A stretch of 64,000 nucleotides of DNA from Roseococcus sp. (GTDB taxonomy: Bacteria > Pseudomonadota > Alphaproteobacteria > Acetobacterales > Acetobacteraceae), in the NCBI GenBank assembly GCA_026414745.1, contig JAOAIK010000022.1, positions 20,821-84,820 on the forward strand, in the 5' to 3' direction. Under the pieces are notes generated by a model. The model did no database searches, was not told the DNA's origin, and was given only the letters and a program-made list of their open reading frames with translations. Shown in pieces: positions 1-8,501 of the stretch (positions are counted from its first letter, which is position 1; each line of letters starts with the position of its first letter). A program made the position numbers and the translations under genes.

Positions 1-716
1 CCAACGCGCTCAGCCACGACATCTACTACAAGATGATCAACCGCAACGCGCCCACGAAGCAGCGGCTGATCATCGCGCGCGCGCTGCTCATCCTGGTGGC
101 CATCGCCGCCGCCTGGACCGCGGGCAACATGGGCGCGGACATCCTGTTCCTTGTGGCCTGGGCCTTCTCCATCGCCGCCGCCGGCCTCTTCGCCGCGCTG
201 GTGATGGGCGTGTGGTACAAGAAGACGACGAACACCGCCGCCTGCGTCGGCATGGTGGTGGGGTATGTGGTCACCTTCGGCTATCTGATCTGGTCGGAGT
301 TCTTCGGCCTCTACTTCGTCGAACTCTTCGGCACCAAGGAGGCCATCCTGAACGCCGCCCGGGCGGCGGCGAACCTCCCGCAGGCCTCGGCCGAGCTCAA
401 GGCCTATGCCTCGGCGCTGGTCGCCAACGCCTCCGCCATCCAGGACGGCACCTTCGCCTGGTTCGGCAAGGCGCTCTCCGGCTGGGGCATGAACACCGAC
501 CATGTGGTGCTGCGCGGCCGCATCGTGGCGCGCCTGTGGGGCATCAACAACATCTCCGGCGGCATCTTCGGCGTGCCGCTCGCCTTCCTCACCATCTACG
601 TCGTGTCGCAGTTCACCAAGGCGCCCTCCCAGGCGATGCAGGACTTCGTGGAGTCCATCCGCATCCCGAAGGGCGGCGTGCGGCTGGCCGACGCGCGCGA
701 GGCGGTGAAGGAGTAA
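1..716 (+). CDS. actP: Cation/acetate symporter (sodium:solute symporter family), C-terminal part; the 5' end lies outside the window
   Basis: The frame is open from the window edge (NALSHDIYYKMINRN...) to TAA at 714-716. The translation has several hydrophobic helices typical of ActP-type SSS transporters. A terminator hairpin follows. Confidence 0.75.
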   Translation, partial: NALSHDIYYKMINRNAPTKQRLIIARALLILVAIAAAWTAGNMGADILFLVAWAFSIAAAGLFAALVMGVWYKKTTNTAACVGMVVGYVVTFGYLIWSEFFGLYFVELFGTKEAILNAARAAANLPQASAELKAYASALVANASAIQDGTFAWFGKALSGWGMNTDHVVLRGRIVARLWGINNISGGIFGVPLAFLTIYVVSQFTKAPSQAMQDFVESIRIPKGGVRLADAREAVKE

Positions 717-722
717 CCTGCC

Positions 723-757
723 GGCCGCCGGGCGCCTGCCCGGCGGCCATTTCTCTC
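723..757 (+). terminator. Rho-independent terminator downstream of actP
   Basis: Perfect 11-bp GC stem (723-733 pairs with 738-748) with a 4-nt loop GCCT, followed by ATTTCTCTC. A second imperfect hairpin lies at 755-793. Confidence 0.6.
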
Positions 758-876
758 GCGAGATGCGGACCCGTGGCCGCCCGCATCCGCGAGCCTGCCT
801 CGCCGCACCCTGCGCCGGCGAGACCGAGCGACATCCGTGTCGCCGACGCAGCGGCCTCCCTTCCCGGCTCAGGCCG

Positions 877-2115
877 CTACGCCCTGACCAGCCGCATCGC
901 GAAGAACCCGTCCATCCCGCCCCGCTCGGCCCAGAGGTCGGGCCGCGTGCGCAACGCGCCCTCGCGTGTGATGGCCGCCTCCAGCCCCGGCAGCTCCTCG
1001 CGCCGGAGGGGATCAAGGCGCATCCCCTCGGGGAGATGGGCGAGATGCGCCTCGCCCTCCTCCGCCTGCAGCGAACACGTGGCGAAGACCATCCGCCCGC
1101 CCGGGCGCAGCATCCGCGCCGCCGCCTCCAGCAGGCGGCGCTGCTCGGCGGCGTGTTTCGCCACGTCCTTGGGGCGCTTGAGGTGCGCCACATCGGGGTG
1201 GCGGCGCAGCGTGCCGGTGGCGGTGCAGGGCGCGTCGAGCAGCACGGCGTCCAGCGGCGCGGGCGGCTGCCAGCGCGCCGCGTCGGCATGCACGATCTCC
1301 GGCGCGAAGCCCAGCCGCGCCATGTTCTCGCGCAGCCGGGGCAGGCGCGCGGCCTCGCGCTCCACGGCCACCACCCGCGCCCCGGCGGCGCAGAGCTGTG
1401 CGGTCTTGCCGCCCGGCGCGGCGCAGAGATCGGCCACCGCCTCGCCGTGCTTCACATGAAGCAGCCGCGCGGGCAGGGCGGCCGCGGCGTCCTGCGCCCA
1501 GAAGCGGCCCTCGGCGAAGCCGGGCAGTTCGGTGATGCGCGTTCCCGGCGGCAGCCGCGCCGTGCCGGTGGGCAGCAGCAGCGCCCCCTCGGGCGGCGCC
1601 GCGCCGGGCGCCAGGCTGAGGTCGAGCGGCGCTTCCGCCCGGTGCGCCGCGGCGATGGCGCGCACCGCCTCGCCATGCGCCGCATGCCAGGCGGCCCAGA
1701 GCCAGGCGGGCGTGTCCAGCCGCTCGGCGTCCAGCCCCTCCAGCGCCGCGGGGCCCTGCGCCGCCAGCCGCCGCAGCACGGCGTTCACCAGCCCCGCCAG
1801 CGGCCGCGGCGCGAGCGGGACGGCCGAGGCCACGGCGGCATGCGCCGGGGTGCCGAGCAGCAGGAGTTCCGCCGCGCCGATGCGCAGGGCGCGCAAGGCG
1901 GGCGCGGGCGGGGCGCGGTGCAGGAAGGGTTCCAGCACCGCATCCAGCGAGCCCAGCCGGCGCAGCACGGTCGCGGCGATGCGGTGGCCCGCCGCCCGGT
2001 CGCGCGCGTCCATCGCGGGCAGGGAATCGAGCCCCTCCTCCAGCCCGCGGTGGCGCTCCAGCACGGTCTCGAGCAGATGCGCGGCGGCGCGGCGGGCGGG
2101 TGACGGAACCGACAT
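877..2115 (-). CDS. rsmB: 16S rRNA (cytosine-C5)-methyltransferase, RsmB/Sun (NOL1/NOP2/Sun) family
   Basis: 412-aa ORF. It has an N-terminal NusB-like region, a SAM-binding motif (DLCAAPGGKT), and catalytic motifs DAPCTATG and ATCSL. Confidence 0.9.
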   Translation of the reverse strand: MSVPSPARRAAAHLLETVLERHRGLEEGLDSLPAMDARDRAAGHRIAATVLRRLGSLDAVLEPFLHRAPPAPALRALRIGAAELLLLGTPAHAAVASAVPLAPRPLAGLVNAVLRRLAAQGPAALEGLDAERLDTPAWLWAAWHAAHGEAVRAIAAAHRAEAPLDLSLAPGAAPPEGALLLPTGTARLPPGTRITELPGFAEGRFWAQDAAAALPARLLHVKHGEAVADLCAAPGGKTAQLCAAGARVVAVEREAARLPRLRENMARLGFAPEIVHADAARWQPPAPLDAVLLDAPCTATGTLRRHPDVAHLKRPKDVAKHAAEQRRLLEAAARMLRPGGRMVFATCSLQAEEGEAHLAHLPEGMRLDPLRREELPGLEAAITREGALRTRPDLWAERGGMDGFFAMRLVRA

Positions 2116-2165
2116 GGCGGGGTTTATGGCCGCGCCCCCCGGCCCGTGCTAGACGCCGCCCGCCC

Positions 2166-3872
2166 ATGTCCCCCTCCCGCCTCGACCGATGGCTCGGCGC
2201 CGCCGCGGCGCACGCGGAACGCCGCCCGCGCCTCGCGCTCCTCCTGTTCTGTCTGCTGTTCTTCCTGCCCGGGCTTTTCGCCATCCCGCCCACCGACCGC
2301 GACGAGAGCCGCTTCGCCCAGGCCACCCGCCAGATGGTGGAGAGCGGCGACTACATCCGCATCCGGGTGGGCGCCGAGGAGCGCAACAAGAAGCCCGTGG
2401 GCATCCACTGGGCCCAGGCAGCGGCGGTGCATGCGGCGGAGGCCACGGGCCTCGGCACGCGGCGCGACATCTGGCCCTACCGGCTGCCCTCGCTGCTCGG
2501 CGCGCTGCTCGCGGTGCTCGCCACCTTCGAGTTCGGGCGGCTGCTGGTGGGGCGGCGGGCGGCGCTGCTGGCGGGGGCGATGCTGGCCGGCAGCATGGTG
2601 CTGATGGTGGAGGCGCACATCGCCAAGACCGACGCCGCCCTTCTGGCCAGCATCACCGCCGCCATGGGGCTGTTCGCGCGCGCCTATCTGCGGCCCGAGG
2701 CCTTCACGGCGCGGCACGCGGCGGCGTTCTGGGCGGTGCTGGGCCTCGGCGTGCTGCTGAAGGGGCCCATCGCGCCCATGGTGGCCCTGCTCGCCGGGCT
2801 CAGCCTCGCGCTGATGGACCGGCCGCGCGGCGCAAAGGGCTGGTTCGCCGCGCCCTGGCTGCCGGCGCTGCGCCCCGCCTGGGGCCTGCCGCTCATGCTG
2901 CTGATCGTGCTGCCCTGGATGCTGGCGATCGGCCTCGCCACCGAGGGGCGCTTCTTCGCCCAGGCCATCGGCGAGGACATGCTGGGCAAGGTGGGCCAGG
3001 GCGACGAGAAGCACTGGGGTCCGCCGGGCTACTACGTCGCCACCTTCGGCATCGCCGCCTTTCCCGCGGCCTTCCTGGTGCTTTTCGCGCTGCGCCAGAG
3101 CTGGCGCGAGCGGTCGGAGCCGGTGGTGCGCTTCCTGCTGGCCTGGATCGTGCCGACCTGGCTGGTCTTCGAGGCGGTGGCGACGAAGCTGCCGCACTAC
3201 AGCCTGCCCACCTTCCCGGCGCTGATGCTGCTCGCCGCGCGCTGGGCGATGGATCCGCTGCGCCTGGAGCCGGGGCGCTGGCTGCGCGTGCTCGCGCGCC
3301 TCCTCCTCGGCGGGGTTGCGGTCGGGATCGTGGTGCTGGCCTTTGCCGCGCCCTGGTTCGTGGCGCGGGATTGGACGGCGGGCACGCTGCTCGCCATCCC
3401 GGCGGCCGGGGCGCTGGTCTGGCTCTCCTTCCGCGCCCTGCGCGCGGGGGCCTGGGCGCGGGCGGCGGTGCTGGCGCTGCTCTGCGCCGCGCCGCTCTAT
3501 GCCAGCGTGACGCAACTCACCTTCCCGCGCATCGAGGCGCTCTGGATCGGCCCGCGCCTGGCGGCGGAGCTGGAGCGCGCCGCGCCCGGGCTCGATCCCG
3601 CGCGCTTCGGCATCCTCGGCCATGCCGAGCCCTCCACCCTTTTCGCCATCGGCGGCACGCTGCGGCTGCTCGCGACGGGCGAGGCGGCGGCGGGCTTCCT
3701 GGCCGAGGCGCCCGGCCGCGTCGTCGCGGTCGGCAACCGCCATGAGGCCGGCTTCCGCCAGGCGGCGGCGGCGCGCGGCCTTCTCCTCGTCCCGCTCGGC
3801 CAGGTGTCGGGCTTCAACGTCTCGCGCGGGCGGCATGTGACCCTGTCGCTCTTCCGGAGCGACACGCCATGA
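2166..3872 (+). CDS. GT-C fold glycosyltransferase, family 39 (ArnT/PMT-like)
   Basis: Start taken at the ATG at 2166 (MSPSRLDRW...). The protein has many TM helices. Loop 1 motif PPTDRDESRFAQATRQMVESGDY is typical of ArnT/PMT_2 proteins. The upstream GTG at 2100 would overlap rsmB. Confidence 0.85.
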   Translation: MSPSRLDRWLGAAAAHAERRPRLALLLFCLLFFLPGLFAIPPTDRDESRFAQATRQMVESGDYIRIRVGAEERNKKPVGIHWAQAAAVHAAEATGLGTRRDIWPYRLPSLLGALLAVLATFEFGRLLVGRRAALLAGAMLAGSMVLMVEAHIAKTDAALLASITAAMGLFARAYLRPEAFTARHAAAFWAVLGLGVLLKGPIAPMVALLAGLSLALMDRPRGAKGWFAAPWLPALRPAWGLPLMLLIVLPWMLAIGLATEGRFFAQAIGEDMLGKVGQGDEKHWGPPGYYVATFGIAAFPAAFLVLFALRQSWRERSEPVVRFLLAWIVPTWLVFEAVATKLPHYSLPTFPALMLLAARWAMDPLRLEPGRWLRVLARLLLGGVAVGIVVLAFAAPWFVARDWTAGTLLAIPAAGALVWLSFRALRAGAWARAAVLALLCAAPLYASVTQLTFPRIEALWIGPRLAAELERAAPGLDPARFGILGHAEPSTLFAIGGTLRLLATGEAAAGFLAEAPGRVVAVGNRHEAGFRQAAAARGLLLVPLGQVSGFNVSRGRHVTLSLFRSDTP

Positions 3873-4474
3873 TGGACATGATCACGAGCTGGGTGGCGGC
3901 GGCGGGCCATGCCGGCGTCTTCGCCCTGATGTTCCTCGAGAACCTGTTTCCGCCCATCCCCTCGGAGGTCATCATGCCGCTCGCGGGCTTCGCGGCGGCG
4001 CGGGGCGAGCTGTCGCTGCCCGGGGTGGTCCTGGCCGGGGTGGCGGGCACGCTGGCGGGCAATGCGGTGTGGTTCGAGGCGGCGCGCGCCTTCGGCGCCG
4101 AGCGCACGAAGCGGCTCTGCGCGCGCTATGGCCGCTGGATCGGCGTGCTGGACGAGGATCTCGACAAGGCCGAGGCCACGCTGCGCCGCTGGGGGCCGCT
4201 CGCGGTGTTCCTGGGGCGCATGATGCCGGGCATCCGCACCGTGATCTCAGTGCCCGCCGGGCTGATCGAGATGCCGCGCAAGGTGTTCTACGTCTGGACG
4301 ACGCTGGGCAGCCTGCTCTGGGTGGGGGGGCTCGCCGTGCTCGGCTTCGTCCTGGAGGAGGGGTTCCGCCACATCGAGGGCTATGTTGACCCGGTGGGCA
4401 AGCTGCTGGTGGCGACGGCGGGGCTCCTGTTCCTCTGGCAGCTCTGGCGCATCTGGCGGCGGCCGCGGGCCTGA
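3869..4474 (+). CDS. DedA family (SNARE-associated) membrane protein
   Basis: 201 aa. Signature FLENLFPPIPSEVIMPLAG and GRMMPGIRTVISVPAG. The ATGA start/stop overlap with the preceding glycosyltransferase indicates translational coupling. Confidence 0.9.
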   Translation: MMDMITSWVAAAGHAGVFALMFLENLFPPIPSEVIMPLAGFAAARGELSLPGVVLAGVAGTLAGNAVWFEAARAFGAERTKRLCARYGRWIGVLDEDLDKAEATLRRWGPLAVFLGRMMPGIRTVISVPAGLIEMPRKVFYVWTTLGSLLWVGGLAVLGFVLEEGFRHIEGYVDPVGKLLVATAGLLFLWQLWRIWRRPRA

Positions 4475-5368
4475 TCAGGCCCGGCGCAGCAGCAGCGCGG
4501 CGGCCACCGCAAGCCCGCCCAGCGTGCCGATCAGCCCCGCCGCGTTGAGCGCGACGCCTGCGCCCAGCGCCGCCGGCAGGGGGCCGGCCAGCAGCACCCC
4601 CGCCGCGCCCAGCCCCGCGCCCAGCGCGGCGCCCCCCCAGATCTGCGCGCCGTAGCGGTCGGTCAGCAGGCGCATGGCCACGGCGGGGCAGACCAGCAGC
4701 GCGACGGTGAGGATGCTGCCGACGCTCTCGAAGGCGGCCACGGCGGCGGCGGCGATCATGAGGTTCAGCGCCAGCTCCCAGCCGCCCACGCGCAGGCCCA
4801 GGCTGCGGGCGAACTCCGGGTCGAAGGCGATGAGCCGCAGCGTGCGCCAGAAGCCGAGCACGAAGAGCAGCGCGGCCAGCGCCACCCCCGCCAGCAGCCC
4901 GAGCTGCCGCGGCAGCCCCGCCAGCGCCGCGGGGTCGAGCAGCGCAGCCGGCCCCCGCGCCTCCAGCCACACCAGCGTCTCGAGCTGGCCGAAGAGCACG
5001 CAGTCCACGTCGAGATCGGCGTTGCGCGCGCCCGTCACCTCGAGCAGCACAAGGCCCGCGGCGAAGAAGCCGGTGAAGACGAGGCCCGTGGCCGCGCCGG
5101 GATCGAGCCGCGCCGCCCGCCGCACCCAGGCGATGGCGGCGGTGGCCAACAGCGCCGCCACCAGCGCGCCCGCCAGCATGGGCCAGGCGCTGCGCAGCCC
5201 GGTCAGCGCGAAGCCGAGCACGATGCCCGGCAGCACGGCGTGGGAGAGCGCATCGCCCAGCAGGCTCTCGCGCCGCAGCACCAGGAAGCTGCCCAGCAGC
5301 CCGCAGGTGCCGCCGGCCAGCATGGCGGCGAGCAGCGGCGGCAGGTCGAGCTGCAGGAACTCGCTCAT
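4475..5368 (-). CDS. Metal ABC transporter permease (TroD/MntD/ZnuB-like)
   Basis: Start taken at MSEFLQLDLPP (ATG at 5368), which gives a 4-nt overlap with the upstream permease. The protein has many TM helices and an ABC-3 family look. The longer track ORF upstream of this start is Gly/Ala/Arg-rich shadow sequence. Confidence 0.88.
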   Translation of the reverse strand: MSEFLQLDLPPLLAAMLAGGTCGLLGSFLVLRRESLLGDALSHAVLPGIVLGFALTGLRSAWPMLAGALVAALLATAAIAWVRRAARLDPGAATGLVFTGFFAAGLVLLEVTGARNADLDVDCVLFGQLETLVWLEARGPAALLDPAALAGLPRQLGLLAGVALAALLFVLGFWRTLRLIAFDPEFARSLGLRVGGWELALNLMIAAAAVAAFESVGSILTVALLVCPAVAMRLLTDRYGAQIWGGAALGAGLGAAGVLLAGPLPAALGAGVALNAAGLIGTLGGLAVAAALLLRRA

Positions 5369-6210
5369 GCGCCCCGCCCCCGCCTGCGCCCCGCCAGCGC
5401 GGCCGCGCCGAAGATCGCAAGCCCGGCCAGCACCACCGCCGCCCCGGTGGGCAGATCGGGCAGGCGCGTGGAGGCCAGCGCCCCCGCCGCCCCCGCCAGC
5501 GCGCCGAACAGCCCCGCCAGCGCCAGCATGGCCGGCAGCCGCGCCGCCAGCAGCCGCGCCGCCGCCGCGGGCACCACCAGCAGCGCCACCACGAGGATCA
5601 GCCCCACCGCGGGCAGCCCCGCCACGCAGACCGCGAGCATCAGCCCGAGCAGCGCGAGGTCGAGCGCGCGCACCGGCAGGCCCTGGGCGCGCGCGAAGCC
5701 CTCGTCGAAGCACAGCGCGCGCAGCGGCTGGAAGAGCAGCGCCACCACGCCCGCGCAGCCCAGCGCCAGCGCGCCGGCCAGCAGCGCATCCGCCTCGGTC
5801 ATCGTCGCGGCCTGGCCCAGGATGAAGTGGGTGAGGCCGGCCTGCGCCGCGCCGGGCAGCGTCTGCGCCACCGACAGCCCCACCGTGCCCAGGGCGTAGA
5901 AGGCCGAGAGCACCACCGCGATGCCCGCATCGGGCGGGATCCGCCCCGAGGCGGTGAGGCGGCGCAGCGCCAGCAGCCCGAGCCAGCCGGTCACGGCCGC
6001 CCCCAGCAGCAGCGGCCCCAGCGCCCGCGCCTCGCCCCCCAGCGCCGCGACGAGCAGCGAGGCCGCCACCACGCCGGGCAGCGCCGCATGGCCGATCGCG
6101 TCCGCCAGCAGCGCGCGGCCGCGCAGCAGCGCGAAGCTGCCCACCACCCCGGCGGCGAGGCCGAGCGCGGCGCAGCCCAGCAGCACCACCAGGGTGTTGT
6201 GCCCGATCAC
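5365..6210 (-). CDS. Metal ABC transporter permease (TroC/MntC-like)
   Basis: 281-aa polytopic membrane protein paralogous to the next permease. It has 4-nt overlaps with the genes on both sides. Confidence 0.88.
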   Translation of the reverse strand: MIGHNTLVVLLGCAALGLAAGVVGSFALLRGRALLADAIGHAALPGVVAASLLVAALGGEARALGPLLLGAAVTGWLGLLALRRLTASGRIPPDAGIAVVLSAFYALGTVGLSVAQTLPGAAQAGLTHFILGQAATMTEADALLAGALALGCAGVVALLFQPLRALCFDEGFARAQGLPVRALDLALLGLMLAVCVAGLPAVGLILVVALLVVPAAAARLLAARLPAMLALAGLFGALAGAAGALASTRLPDLPTGAAVVLAGLAIFGAAALAGRRRGRGA

Positions 6211-6971
6211 GCCCCGCGCCCCCGGCCGGGCAACCCGCCGAAGGCGGCGGCGATGGCGGAGTCGGTGAAGGCCTCGGCCACCGGCCCGGCGGCGACGAGG
6301 CGCCCGGCCAGGATCAGCACATGGTCGAAATGCGCCTGCACCAGCGAGAGGTCATGGTGCACCATCAGCACCGATTTCCCCTCTCGGACGAGGCCGTGCA
6401 GCACGGCGAGGATGGTTTCCTCCGTCACCGCGTCCACCGCGGCCAGCGGCTCGTCCATGAGGAACAGTTCCGCCTCCTGCGCCAGGGCGCGGGCGAGGAA
6501 GACGCGCTGCTGCTGCCCGCCCGAGAGCCGGCCGATCTGGCGCTCCGCGAGATCGGCGAGGCCGACGGCGGCGAGCGCGGCGCGCGCCGCCTCGCGCTCG
6601 CGCCGCGGCAGGGCGCCGAACCAGCGCGCGCGCGGCAGCCGCGCCATCGCCACCACGTCGAGCGCCGAGGCGGGAAAGCTCCAGTCCACGCTGGCGCGCT
6701 GCGGCAGATAGGCGACGCGCGCGCGCACCGCCTCCAGGGGCTGGCCGAAGAAGCGCGCCTCCCCCTCGGCCGGCACGAGGCCGAGCGCGGCCTTGAGCAG
6801 GGTGGACTTGCCCGCGCCATTGGGGCCGAGGATCGCCGTCAGCCCCGGCGCGGCGCGCCAGGTGACGCCGCTGAGCGCGGGCCGGCCATCGTAGCGCACC
6901 GTGAGCCCCTCGACCGCGAGCGGGGCGGCGGCGGCGGCGGTGCGCAGCGGGGCGCCGTCGGGCATGCTCAC
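6207..6971 (-). CDS. Metal ABC transporter ATP-binding protein
   Basis: Walker A GPNGAGKST, ABC signature LSGGQQQR, Walker B LFLMDEP. Confidence 0.92.
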   Translation of the reverse strand: MSMPDGAPLRTAAAAAPLAVEGLTVRYDGRPALSGVTWRAAPGLTAILGPNGAGKSTLLKAALGLVPAEGEARFFGQPLEAVRARVAYLPQRASVDWSFPASALDVVAMARLPRARWFGALPRREREAARAALAAVGLADLAERQIGRLSGGQQQRVFLARALAQEAELFLMDEPLAAVDAVTEETILAVLHGLVREGKSVLMVHHDLSLVQAHFDHVLILAGRLVAAGPVAEAFTDSAIAAAFGGLPGRGRGA

Positions 6972-7930
6972 AGGCGCCCGTTCAGCCCGCGCGGCGGCGG
7001 GCTGCCGCCCAGCGCGCGGGCGATGGTGGTGATGTTGTGGTCCATCATCCCCTCATAGGTGCCGGTGTAGGTGCCGGGCCGCCCCATCGAATCGGAGAAG
7101 AGCACGCCCCCCATGGCGAGGCGCTGCCCGCGCGCCCCGGCGCCCTCGATCAGCGCGCGGATGGCGCGGTCGGGCACCGAGGATTCGGCGAAGACGGCCG
7201 GGATGCGCCGCTCCACGATCAGCCGCACCAGGGATTCGATGCGCGCGAGGCTCGCCTCCGCCTCGGTGGAGAGGCCCTGGATGCTCTGCACCTCCAGCCC
7301 GTAGCGCGCACCGAAATAGCCGAAGGCGTCATGCGCCGTGAGCAGCACGCGCGACTCGCGGGGGATGGGCGCCAGCACCTCGCGCGCATAGGCGTCGAGC
7401 CGGGCGTAGCGGCGGCGCGTCTCCTCCACCCCGCGCGCGTAGTCGCCGGTGCGGACCTGCGCGAGGGTGGCGGCGACGGCGGGCGCGCAGTCGGCCCAGA
7501 GGCTCGGGTCCATCCACACATGCGGGTCGGCGGCATCGGGGTAGTCCTCGTTGGGGCGCAGCCGCGCGCGCGGGAGGGTCTCGGCGACCGCGAGCACCGG
7601 CCGGCCCTGGCCGCGCGCGCGCTCCAGCACATCGGTCATCCGCCCTTCCAGGCGGTGGCCGTTGAAGAACAGGGCATCGGCGCGCAGCAGCCGCGCCACG
7701 TCCTGCCGGGTGGGGCGGAACAGGTGCGGGTCCACCCCCTCGCCGATCAGCGCCTGCACCTGGAAGGCCTCGCCCGCCACGCCGCGCACCAGGTCGGCCA
7801 CCATGCCCGTCGTCGCCAGGGCGGTGGGCCGGGCCGGCTGGGCGCGGCCGAGGCGCGGCGCGAGAAGCGCGGGCAGCGCCGGGCCGAGCGCGAGCAGACC
7901 GCGCCGCGCAACGTCTCGACAGGTGTTCAT
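6968..7930 (-). CDS. Metal ABC transporter substrate-binding protein, cluster A-I (TroA/ZnuA/PsaA family)
   Basis: Motifs DPHLF, DPHVWMDP, TAHDAFGYF and ESSVPDR match the four metal-ligand positions of this family. Start taken at the ATG at 7930 (MNTCRDVARRG..., a signal-like N-terminus). The TTG at 7951 is less likely. Confidence 0.88.
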   Translation of the reverse strand: MNTCRDVARRGLLALGPALPALLAPRLGRAQPARPTALATTGMVADLVRGVAGEAFQVQALIGEGVDPHLFRPTRQDVARLLRADALFFNGHRLEGRMTDVLERARGQGRPVLAVAETLPRARLRPNEDYPDAADPHVWMDPSLWADCAPAVAATLAQVRTGDYARGVEETRRRYARLDAYAREVLAPIPRESRVLLTAHDAFGYFGARYGLEVQSIQGLSTEAEASLARIESLVRLIVERRIPAVFAESSVPDRAIRALIEGAGARGQRLAMGGVLFSDSMGRPGTYTGTYEGMMDHNITTIARALGGSPPPRGLNGRL

Positions 7931-8026
7931 CTCTTCACATATCCGTTTCAAATCAGCGACTTAGCGATGGAGATTGCGTCCCGGCGCGGGAAGGTCAAGG
8001 CTGTGGGCTCGCGGCGGGTGGCGGGC

Positions 8027-8353
8027 ATGAGCGGCGGCGTGCGCATCAACGAGGACGAGGTGGTGGAGCTCGCGGAGATGTTCCGCCTGATGAGCGACCC
8101 CACGCGGCTCAAGATCATCCTCGCCTGCCTCGACGAGCCGGCCAGCGTGGGCGCCATGGCGGAACGGCTGGAGATTTCCGCAAGCCTCGTCTCCCACCAT
8201 CTGCGGCTGCTGCGCGCGGCGCGCCTGCTGCAGGCCGACCGTCGCGGCCGCCAGGTGTTCTACGTGGTGGGCGATCCGCACATCCGCTCGATGCTGACCG
8301 ACATGGCCGACCACGTCGCCGAGGGCGGCGAGGCGGAGATCGAGCAAGGCTGA
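8027..8353 (+). CDS. ArsR/SmtB family metal-sensing transcriptional regulator with an alpha5-type site
   Basis: The winged-helix core is ELAEMFRLMSDPTRLKIILACL...VSHHLRLLRAARLL. The C-terminal DPHIRSMLTDMADHVAE fits DxHx10Hx2E as in SmtB/CzrA. An alternative in-frame ATG at 7967 lies in lower-GC sequence. Confidence 0.85.
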   Translation: MSGGVRINEDEVVELAEMFRLMSDPTRLKIILACLDEPASVGAMAERLEISASLVSHHLRLLRAARLLQADRRGRQVFYVVGDPHIRSMLTDMADHVAEGGEAEIEQG

Positions 8354-8367
8354 GCGCGGCACGAGGC

Positions 8368-8396
8368 TTGCCGCTTTATGCGCGCCCCACTATGGT
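8368..8396 (+). promoter_or_regulatory. Candidate sigma70-type promoter of the cytochrome oxidase operon
   Basis: TTGCCG (8368-8373), a 17-nt spacer, then TATGGT (8391-8396), about 105 nt upstream of the coxB start. This is pattern matching only. Confidence 0.3.
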
Positions 8397-8501
8397 CCGC
8401 GCGCCTTGCGGGTGGGCTGCCGGCGCGCGCCGGCCGGCCCGGCGGGTGCAACAGGCGGCGGCGGTGCCGCCGGGTGTCGGCCATGGCAGCCGGCGCCTTC
8501 G

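Noticed and set aside
2100-2165. GTG at 2100 as the start of the GT39 gene.
   Set aside because: It would overlap the divergent rsmB start codon, and the added residues are Arg/Pro-rich. The ATG at 2166 leads directly into the first TM helix.
7931-8026. Looked for a 12-2-12 type ArsR/SmtB operator between the metal ABC operon and the regulator gene.
   Set aside because: I found only weak partial symmetry (ATCC...GGAGAT) and a short direct repeat AGCGA. This is not convincing enough to annotate.
7967-8026. An upstream in-frame ATG (MEIASRRGKVKAV...) as the ArsR start, and a TTG at 7951 as the binding-protein start.
   Set aside because: These starts would leave almost no intergenic space for two divergent promoters. 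They also fall in the lower-GC, non-coding-looking patch. Homologues usually begin about 10 residues before the ELAEMF helix. They are kept as alternatives only.
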